Shown one piece after another: positions 1 to 10,000 of a stretch of 64,000 bases of DNA (the stretch's first letter is position 1; each line of letters begins with the position of its first letter). This stretch comes from Vicugna vicugna (Eukaryota). Below the pieces are notes generated by a model. It did not search any database and was not told the origin of the DNA. It saw only the letters and a list, made by a program, of their open reading frames with translations. Location: the NCBI GenBank assembly GCA_013265495.1, contig MU058054.1, forward strand, positions 1-64,000, in the 5' to 3' direction. The position numbers were made by a program, and so were the translations under genes.

Positions 1-293
1 AAAAAAGGCAAAAAGTGGCCTCAGGGTCTGACTCCTTACCAGTACACCTCCCTACCCTGGCCCCTGCCAAAAACAAAAAACAAAAAAACTTGATTAAGTC
101 AAAATTGAATCCGTGGTCTCCAAGAGGCAGGGGGTGGATTGTCCTGTTCTGTTCACTGGTTTACCTCCCAGTCTATGAGAACAGTCAATTGGATGCTCAG
201 GGAAGACCTCTGGGGAGCCCCAGCCCCCAAGAACTGGATGTCCTAGAACGTAACACTAGAGCCAAACTGAAAAATTCATGTGATTTATTGCAG

Positions 294-391
294 TGGACGA
301 TCTTTTCAGAGAAGCAGGTATCGAACCGAACGGCAAAGTGAAGTATGATGAATTTATCCACAAGATCACCATTCCTGTGCAGGACTACTGA
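294..391 (+). CDS. CALML4: CALML4 (calmodulin-like 4) last coding exon
   Basis: Acceptor ttattgcag|TG at 293/294. Reads (V)DDLFREAGIEPNGKVKYDEFIHKITIPVQDY* with TGA at 389-391, matching the CALML4 C-terminal EF-hand-like segment. CALML4 lies tail-to-tail with PIAS1 in human. Confidence 0.93.
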
Positions 392-576
392 CTGAGGAGG
401 AGGCCAGAGAGGACTCCCCTGGGCCTGAAAACTCAGACTGATGAATTTTTAACAAGGAAAGTGTTCCTGTCACGCTAAGGGGATGGCAAACACAGCAAGA
501 TGACGTCCCTGACTACAGCAGAGGGTGACTTAACAAGGAAAATGAGTGATTTCAGTTATGGTATTCATGTGTCTTT

Positions 577-582
577 AATAAA
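577..582 (+). terminator. CALML4: Proximal poly(A) signal of CALML4
   Basis: AATAAA ~185 nt after the stop codon, followed by T-rich sequence. Confidence 0.7.
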
Positions 583-624
583 ATATTTTTATTGATTTTA
601 ATAACTGCCATTAGTGGAGCCCTT

Positions 625-850
625 GACAGCATGGAAAGAGCCTATGGTTTGAAGTTGGGCCAGGGTTCCAGTCCTGACTCTGCCGCCTCCCAGCCTTGTG
701 GCTTTGGGCACATCATTTCATCTTTAAAGCCTTAGGATGCTCACTGAAGTTGGATTCCTACTTCTTACTTCATGGAGCCTGTTGAGGATGGGTCTGAGAT
801 GATCTGAACATGCCTCTGCAAACTGTAAAGTCCTGTGCAACCCTGAGTTG
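625..850 (+). mobile_element. MIR SINE remnant
   Basis: ggaaagagcc...ggttccagtcctgactctgcc...tgtggctttgggca resembles the MIR core. Confidence 0.55.
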
Positions 851-3018
851 CCATGATAGTGCTTCTCCTAAAAAAAAAGGGGGGGCAATTTACCAAAAGA
901 CACTAATCTGCATCTGGGTGCTGGAACAATCTTCCAGGTTTCCAAGATAAAGCCAGTGCTAGCTGAGAAATAGCAACAGGCAGAGAGCTCAACCTATGGC
1001 AACATTTCCTGCAGCACCACAGGGCCACTTAGAAATCCTTATTCGCAAGGCACAGCGGTGGAGTTCGGGATGTTCACTTACAAGCAGGATAAGGTGAAAG
1101 CGCTCAGGTTAAAACAAAGCCTCGGCTTAACCCTGGCGAGAGCGACCTACCTTTACGCCCCTCACCAAAGGAACCCAGACGTGACGAGTTCCACTCCCCG
1201 AAGCCTTGCAGAGCTTGAGAAGACCCGTGAGGCGTCTGTCAGAATTTCGCGCTCTCCCCTGGCCGGTTATCAGGGGGATTTATGGGACTAGGTAACTGGG
1301 CCAAATTGATCGTGGCTTTAAGCCATTTCCCCAGGACTAACAGACAGTAAATAAGGGGATGGAAGAGGCCATGGCCGTGACACAGGGGGGGTACTGGTCT
1401 GGCCGGGAGCTTTTCCAGCTCAAGTGGCTTGTAAGTTAGTTATGTAGCCAGGAGGTGCCAGGCTGGGGCTGCCTGTGCGCTCATCAAATTTGTGGCCACG
1501 CTGCTGGCGTCAGCACAGCCCTAAAAAGGGCTAGAGGCACACACTGGCATGTTGAGGGGGGAGCAGGGTAGAGCTCTAAGTGCAGAGGCTTTCATCCTTA
1601 TATGTATCAAAATTGGGCTCTCAGGGCTGTGGCTTTGTCTAATGGCGCCTCAGTGGCTAAAGCAAAGGAAAACAAATTAAGAGGGAGGTGTGTCTTTTGG
1701 GCGGTTTACACAGGACACTGAGCTAAGGGCCAGGCACAAGGGAAACTGCAGGGGACAAGACAGTCTTGGTACAGCTATCCCCCGATGCTCCGTGACTTTA
1801 GACCAAACGGAGGTCCTGAGAAAGGAGAGCAGCTCTCATTTCCCCAACAGTGTAGCCGCCTGTGGGAGTGGGGAGGAACCCCCCGGAGCTGCAGGGGAGA
1901 GTTTTGTGGGGAGCAGGCAGTCAGTGGACAATTAAACACCAAGTAGGTAACTCTGTCTAGCTGGGAACCCCAGGTTCACACGGTGCGGGGGGCAGATCCA
2001 CGTTCTGTGGGGTCTGGGGGTTCTCTGATTCAGCAGCCTGCTTTAGGAATATTACAGTAGAAACACAGGAGTCCTCGGGCTGCTCCCAGGAGCACGGATG
2101 AGGCCACAGCAAGTGAGGGGCCCCGGTAGGTGCTTTAACTTCATTACCTTCATGGTAAATCCACCTGAGGGCTGGCTGGATGTTGGCAACCCAGGGAGAA
2201 CAGTTACATTTCACTTTCAGGCATGGCTCAAGGGTCCTAGCTCCACATTCCTTTTTTACACTCATCACGGACATCAGGAAGTTAGTCTTGCACAGCCAAT
2301 CTGGAATACCAAGGATTAGACAGCAGGTATCTGTGATTTAGGTGGGACAGGAAAAGGAAGTTCTGGGCTACAGTAATAAATGAGGGCGTGTTCCCCCAAA
2401 GCTTTGTCTTTATGTGCCACTGAAGGGCACCTGTATGGTTTTAAAGCAAGTTTTATTAATCTCAGTTGCCTAACAGGAATCTGAAGTGTATCTTGCCAGA
2501 AGTGTGGTGTGGGGGCCACCAGAAGCTGGGGCTCGCGTCCACCGACTCAGGGCTCCTGATGAAGGGTGTTCGTGCGGAGGATGCCCAGAGTCTGCGATGT
2601 GCTCTGATTTAAACCGCTACCCCAGGGAAGGCCTTGACCCTACCCCATGGCCCGATTCCATGCTCGTTCCTGAAATTCCAGTTAGTTTACCTAGCACCAA
2701 GTATTGTTTGCAAAAAAAGGCCATGGTGCTCTTGATAATCAAACTGCAGATTAATTTAACAGGTTTAAAACTAAACAGATGCTGTGGCTCATTACAAAGC
2801 TACGCCGTATTTCAGTAAGAAAGGGGAGTGATGGCTGCATATTCATTACTTACCTCAAAGCATGTTGCAAGAGAACGAGTAACGTGTCATGCTTTGAAAT
2901 CTCTGGATCAAAGGGGCTCTGGAAGCACAAAGCAGTGTCACTTTTTTCTCATAAGGACTGTCCCCTTGTATACCCAGCAGTGTACTCTACAGAAGACAAA
3001 GTAACTGAAGGCTTTTCT

Positions 3019-3024
3019 TTTATT
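3019..3024 (-). terminator. PIAS1: Distal PIAS1 poly(A) signal
   Basis: tttatt on + is AATAAA on -. Upstream TGTA motifs and downstream TTACTTTGTCTTCTGT (U/GU-rich) on the minus strand. Confidence 0.65.
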
Positions 3025-3810
3025 ACATCTAAAGAGCTCTACATAAACAGGTAACATTCAATAGGTAAACAATTTTTTTTCCAATGCATGTAATAAATAT
3101 TTTCCACTTGGTACTTTTATACAAACTGACATTGGTCTACTATACATTTTTAAAAGCCATTTTACTGGTTTGGCATGCGGTGTGGAAATTCTAAGAGAGA
3201 AAGTTTTAAGGCAATGAATCACAGATTTAAGTTCATGGAATTTATGGTAACTCTTATATCTGTTTATATACATTTTCCCCTTTGTTAATTAAACAATTAA
3301 CAGCAGCACACTCTGGGACCACCAGCTCTTCTCTCCCTCCCTCTTTCTGAAATCTAAGCTTTGTGTTTTCTTTTGATTAAAAAACAGAATTCAACATGTA
3401 TTGATAAAACAAAATTCGTACTAAAATAATTTCCAATGTGCTTTAAAGCCTGAAGATCTTGAAGTGTTTTCTGTGTTTAAAATTGGAGCTGTTTAAAAAC
3501 AATGTTCTTTCCACAATTAGTCATTTAAAATTGGGATATGTTTTCATTCAGTTTCAGACATCTGAATCAAAGGAAAATCTGCCAAGAAATCACATTTTTC
3601 AGAAGCTTAAGTGAATCTTTTCTGAGTCAGTAATAATAGTGTGATGTCTAAGTTAATAGAAGTAGAAAACTTTTAATGCTCAAAATAAATTAGTCAACTG
3701 AGTGTGGCATGGTTAAGGTCCAGATTGTTTTAAAAAGATGTGTTCAATAATGCCCAAAACAATTAAAAGCCACTTCAACCCTGCTAGTCAAACAGCTATT
3801 TTATCAAAGA

Positions 3811-3854
3811 TGTGTGTGTGTGCGTGTGCGTATACACACACGCACACACACACA
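3811..3854. repeat. (TG)n-TATA-(CA)n near-perfect palindrome
   Basis: TGTGTGTGTGTGCGTGTGCGTA followed by TACACACACGCACACACACACA; 22-nt arms with one mismatch. Confidence 0.9.
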
Positions 3855-6737
3855 GAGTACTGTACAGAAATACAAACATGTGCACACCTATTATAAATGA
3901 CCAAGGCAAGGGGGATGGTGGCAACTTGACTAAAGATTCTGAGAACTATTATTTGTCCACAGACAGCATGTCAGTGTTAGCAAGGGTGGGGGGAGTAACG
4001 GTGGGCTAAGAAAAAAAGAAATGACTATATGCCTTTTTTTTTTTTTAAACTTAGAAGATAAAGCTGCAGTGCATGACCCTACCAGTAATTACTATGAACC
4101 ATCAAAGTCTAATACCGGCCATGAGACCAACGGAGTGATGGCCACAGCTGTCACTGCTACCACTACTGCTACGTTTTAGAAAGTTAACAACTGAAAGGAA
4201 CAGACTCCTTAGAGTGGAATGAACTAAAATAAAAAGACAAACCAAACAGTTAGTTTCTCCTATGGAGACATGACCAAAGCCACTAGACAGACATGTATTT
4301 CTCCCTGTTACCTGTTCTTCCCTTAGGTTGGTAGAATGCAGGACGCTGAGGGAAATAAACCCTTTCCAAAACCGGGCTGAAGAAAGTAGAGGGACGGGTT
4401 TTCAACTGGATCATTCAAAGAGTTTGTAATTCAGCATCAGACACAAAGTTATTGATCAGAATTTTGAGACCACTAACGTCGACAAAAAAAAACCCAAAAC
4501 ACCTATTCATTTTATCTTAGGTAGTTGAATTAAGAGAAAGTTTCCTATTACAATGTGAAATAAGAGGCAACTCCCCACAATTTAAGTAATTTCTATCCCA
4601 ATCTGAATTTAGACACAAATTATAATACTATTAGATATTAGTCTAAGTTAGCATGGCAATGAGAGTTCTAAAGTGTTTACTCACCATTACACCAGATTCA
4701 TTTAAAAACTTAACTATTTTGTTTTAAGTGACAATGAACTTTTTTTTAATTGCAAATCGTTTAGTGACTGTAAATCAGCCATGTATGTGTGGAATACACA
4801 TGCGCAGGGGAAGACTATATAACTCACTTGTCACTCACACACACTTGTCTATAAATACATATATACACACACACATATACATAGCAATACCAACTTGTTT
4901 TTCAAAATTCAAGTCAACAATTTAGTGGCAGAGAGATGCTGCAAAAACGTATTATTTTTAGGTGCCACACAGTCGGGTGAACCATTAATTTTATCATACA
5001 ATTGAAGACACAGCCATCTTGAATTCTAACTGGATTAAAGCAGGTCAATTTGTTAACACTGCAAGGTTCAGAATGACAATTTTATACACAAAGGTGGTCC
5101 TTCATCAACTCTGAGAACAACTCTGAGAACATTAACATGGTTGTGATATAAAAATCCAGTCTGGAAAACTGGTAATCATTATGCCCCTTCTTTACCTTTT
5201 CCGTTAAACCTTTCAATCAGCTAAAAAATATATTCGACACCTTCAGATATTACCTGAAGAACGTATTATCTTCTCTGATGACAATTTTGGAACACAAGTA
5301 GAACCACTTTTTCCTTCCCGCCAACCCTCACTCATCTCCTGAAAAACAGTTTTCAATATATTTACATGTTCCATTATTAGTAAGAATAGATCAGACTGAT
5401 CCATGAGTTCTTTAAAAAAAAAAAGTGACTTTCCTATGTCATGCTTGTCTTTAAAAGGTGAAGAAAAAAACAAAACAAAACAAGGTAACTAGGCTAAGAA
5501 AGTAAGTACGCTCAGAACCAGAGAGTAAAAGCGACTAAGGGTCAAGCCCATTTTGAATTTCGTTTATCAGATGATCGATTTCTACGGACTGACATGTGTG
5601 GTGTGTTGTATTTTCTGAAGAGAAGTTACTTTTAGGATAACTGACTGTCTTTTTTGAGGTGATGTAGCCTTACCTCTGTCAGCTGCACAAGACACCCAAC
5701 AGGGCTTTCTAAGCTATTTTTAACTTCCTACTTTGGTATCAAGATCTTATATGAAAACTTTTTACCCTGTGGCCAAAAAAAGTAGGTGTTCACAGACTTG
5801 GTTTAAATACATAATACTGGCAATCCAAATTCAGAATAAAGAACTAGACTAAAGTGTGTTATTCACAGACCTGCGAAGCCTACCTTACCAGACGGTTTCC
5901 TCCCATCTCTGAAACACATTCTCAGGGGGTATCTAGCAAATAAGAGAGAACATGTGATGGAGAACATGCAATTGGGATAGTTGATAAAGATGCTCGTATG
6001 TGAGTTCAAGACCTTCAAAGCACTTTGAAAAAAGCAGGCAACTGATTTATCAACTGAATGCAAACTCGGGAGAAGGAACAGTAATGACAGAAAAATACAC
6101 ACAGACACACACTGAACGCACACACGCACAAGTTATGTCCTGAAAATACACAGGGAATGCAGTGGGACAGATGAGATTTATAACTTAAGGCTGGATGAAA
6201 TATGCACACACACAAACAGAATCCAAGTCTGTCATTTTTAGAAAATGGAAATTAAAACTATCCTCCCCGGCCCCCTCCCCACAACAAAGAAAAGCCCACA
6301 ATTTAAAACTTCATACATGCAATTCCTTTTCTGTTATTGCAAATAAAATAATGCCATTGAAGTAAAATAAAACCAAAACCATAGGACAAATGATGGGGGG
6401 AAAAAAAAAGTCTTCAGAATCCAGAAAAAATGAACTGAAGGTGGTTTGTGGGTACTTTTTTTTTCTTTTTTCTTTTCTTTCCTTTTTTTTTGTTTTTTAC
6501 AAGTATTTTTATCAGACAGGCAGTCTTAGATTTATATACAAAAGTAAAACTGAAAATATAGTTTTGTTCTCTGTACATTTCTTTTAATTTTTTTTTCCCT
6601 AAAAAAAGGAAAAAAAAAAAAAAACACGCTTGTGTACTTTTCCAAACAGAATAAGGTAAAACATAGCACAAAGTTCTCCTCTTTCTGCCAAGTTCATTTA
6701 ATCTGGGGTGGGGACGGGAGCAGCAGGGGCAAGAGAA

Positions 6738-7031
6738 TCAGTCCAACGAGATAATGTCCGGTATGATGCCGAAGATGGACGCCGTGTCCGCGCCGCTCCT
6801 GCCGGCCACGGCGTGGCTGTGGCTCTCCCGCAGGCTGCTGGAGGACACGAGGCTGCCGTTGCTGCCGCTGCTGCTCCCGTTGGTGGTGGGCAGCGAAGCG
6901 CTGCCGCCCGCGCTGAGCTGATCGAGGAACATCTGGGAGGAGGTATATGGGAAAAACCGCGACGAGTGTAGGAGGTCTTGATCATCTGAGACCGCGGCGG
7001 CGGCGGCGGCGAGGAGCGAGGTGTTATAATG
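6738..7031 (-). CDS. PIAS1: PIAS1 exon 14 (last; Ser/Thr-rich tail, terminal IISLD)
   Basis: Acceptor ctcccag|[30 protein letters not shown]...[12 protein letters not shown] at 6738-6740. Confidence 0.97.
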   Translation of the reverse strand, partial: HYNTSLLAAAAAAVSDDQDLLHSSRFFPYTSSQMFLDQLSAGGSASLPTTNGSSSGSNGSLVSSSSLRESHSHAVAGRSGADTASIFGIIPDIISLD

Positions 7032-10000
7032 CTGGGAGGGGAGACGAGAGACCGAAAAATACATAAGGAAATAAAGTTAGTTATACTCATAAAATAATCA
7101 GCTCTCTTCTCAGCAAGACAAAGTCTGAAATTTAATATATTCTGAGTACCTGGTGTTTCTGAAGTATTTAGTTACCGTTTTGCGAAAGCAAATGACTTAT
7201 GTAATGATCACATCATTGTTTTTTTTTAATTGGAATAGCTTCTTTAAAATAAATTTTTGTTTTGTTTTTAATTTTGGGGGGAGAAGGTAATTAGGTAATT
7301 TATCTATTTATTGTTTGTTTTCATCGGGATTGAGCCCAGGTCCTCATGTGTGCTGAGCAGGCACTCTGCCACTGAGCTATATATACACTCCCTCCTTCAC
7401 ATCTTTGATCTTAAAAGACACTTTTGTATCTGAAACTGGGGGCAAATCTGTTTTACTGTTTTTTGTTTTAACTTGTATTGCAAGCAATTCTCAAAATGCT
7501 ATTTCCAAACAGGCATATGCTCAGAAGCTACAGGATGGAGAACAGTCCACTTTCTTCCTCTTTGGGAGATCCTTGGCCAAGCGATGTATCAGTCAATATG
7601 ACTGCCCTGTTTCTTTATAAAACAGCACTGGAAACCAACAAATAGAGACTGTTTTTATTATATATTTAGGTGCAGCTGAAACAAAGGAACTATTACTTAC
7701 AATTTTAAATCCGTAACAATAAATGGGTATGACTACTATGAATTTTCTAAGGAAATTTCCTCTCTTGGCTACATACTATACTGTTAAGTATTTTAATGCA
7801 GAATTAAAATAGTTTTTTTTTTCATATAACATACCTGATTGTCTCCTGATAAGAAAGGAAAGAAATCTAATCCTGTGGGAGAAAAAATTATTTTAGTTAA
7901 AAAGAAAGAAAAGGACAAAACCCCTTCCAAATGCCGCAATACTACAAAAACAAGTACAGTATCTTAAAAGCTAATTCCAAATTCATTTAGAATTTTATTT
8001 AAACATAAAGAGTTGAGCTGAACGTTTCACGTCTGTCCCACTTCTGGATTACTGAAGTCTGAAGGCCAAGCTTTAGCAATGATTTTTGCTCCCAGGGACT
8101 CCATTTGTGGGACTTCGGCCACTGTGGCCCTGTTAAATCTAACGTTGGTCCCTTAAAGCTGACACAGCACTTTTCATCAAATGCTCTCACTGACTCCTGT
8201 AAAGCAACTTTTAAATCTATTCTAATTTATCACTCACAATCACCTAATGAGGTATGTAACTATTTTTGGCCTCATTTTGTGGATGAGAAGGTTTGAAGTT
8301 GAAAGACAGTAAGCAAGCTGTAAAACAGATTTTCTTTTTCTTTCTCACATTTGCTCAACTTCCCACTGTCTGTACCAATGGTAACTCAGGGACTCCTGGG
8401 TGACATAAGAAGGGGAAGAGATCTGGGGGGTGTCCAACTGCTGGCAGGGAGGCTATTACAGAAGGACCAGTTCTCATCCCTGGCTGCCAGGAGGTCACTG
8501 CAAGCCGATCCCTTCTACCTCACATTCTAGTCCATATTGCCCAGTGTGCAGTGCAATGAAGAGCAAGCAAACCAACATGAATAAAATGTCTTGTTGTGTT
8601 ATCTACACTGGGGGAAAAGTACAACAAGCAGATGGAGATAAAAATACAACAATAACACAAATACCCTGGGACCCATCCACTGTCTGCACTAGAACCAGAT
8701 TACAGCGTAAGGACCTGCAAATGCATAGCACTGCGGTCCTCGCCAGTGAGGTCAGCAGTGGGCTAAGTGAGAAACAGGGCTGCACTGTCTAACAGAGTGG
8801 CCACTAGCCATGCGATGTGGCTATTTAAACTGACTGAGATTAAGTAAAATGAAAACTTCAGTCCTGTAGTCACACTAGCCATGTTTTAAATGCTCGATGA
8901 CCACAGGTGGCTAGTGGCTACTGTATTAGCCAGTATAGATTACATTTCCCTCACTGCCGAAAGTTCTACTGCACAGAGCTGAAACGGTTTTCAGAGCAAT
9001 CACTAAGAATCCATTCAACTATCTCGGCTCCCAAGAATCCTTGCCAGTGACCCTGAATCTTACTGTAGGGAAGGGGCGGGGGGGAGCTTCTACTTTATGT
9101 TTTTGTATTTTATTTGCTACAATGAGCATATATGGTTTTTTGTAATTTAAAATATGTTCTAAGATTATATATGGCTAATATATAAATTACTAAATCACAA
9201 AGATATATGAGACCTAGTAATTCTTTTTGATAATGTAAACAATTGTTATGAACTCAAAATACATCATAGAAATGAGTACACTGACATTTCAAATTACTTT
9301 TAAAAAGAAGAATCAGGTTCACTGGAACAAAAATTAAAATTTTTCCAATGTCTCAATTCTACATCATCTAAAAGATAGTACTACATAGTTACCCACAATG
9401 CCTGCTGCATTGTTGTAACTGGATTCAGGGAAAAAAAGTAATTTTCACAAATATAAAAATTCAAAGCAACATACTGGAAGTCATTAAAAAGCCACCTCAG
9501 AATACTTTGAAGCCCACAAAACCTAAAGATCACTGCACTGTTTTCACCACTAGTAGTAAAACACTGGCTCTTGATGAAGGTACAAACAAGGTACTGAGTT
9601 CGAATTTATTCATGACCACCGTATATATTTCTCCCAGTTTCCTAGATCCAGCCCCCTCTTTTCCCAATCTTCCAATTCTTCTTTAGACTTACCCAGAAGA
9701 AGACTATAGAGATCAAAGGCATTTATAACGCTGTGTGACAACACAGAACTGGTGACTCACCTTGTAAGTCATAAGGCATGGGTGTCATGTGGAAAGGATG
9801 TCTGTAGTCCTGGATGAGGGATGTGTTGATATAGCTTGTGTCTACAGCAGGGAGGCTTGGTGTGCGGGACACTGGAGATGCTTGATGTGGAAGACTCAAT
9901 ATGCTAGAAGAAGGAAAGGTTTGCAAAATTTCCATGAGTCAGTTGAATTTTTAAGTTTAACAAAAGGGGTGCATCTCACATTGAGTCCTAGTTTTTATGC

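Larger units (their letters stand above)
3000..6737 (-). other. PIAS1: PIAS1 long 3'UTR (end approximate)
   Basis: AT-rich stretch with no recognisable interspersed repeat, running from the stop codon to a canonical minus-strand poly(A) signal at 3019-3024. Confidence 0.65.

Noticed and set aside
15..341. 108-aa plus-strand ORF
   Set aside because: Crosses the CALML4 intron/exon boundary in the wrong frame; the real frame is 294-391.
449..541. TTAACAAGGAAA repeated at 449-460 and 530-541 in the CALML4 3'UTR
   Set aside because: No tail or element between the copies; chance is plausible.
5106..5129. 12-bp tandem duplication CAACTCTGAGAA x2
   Set aside because: Ordinary slippage duplication with no functional clue.
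6708..6971. 87-aa antisense ORF over exon 14
   Set aside because: Explained by stop-codon depletion in the GC-rich exon; non-ATG start and no recognisable homology.
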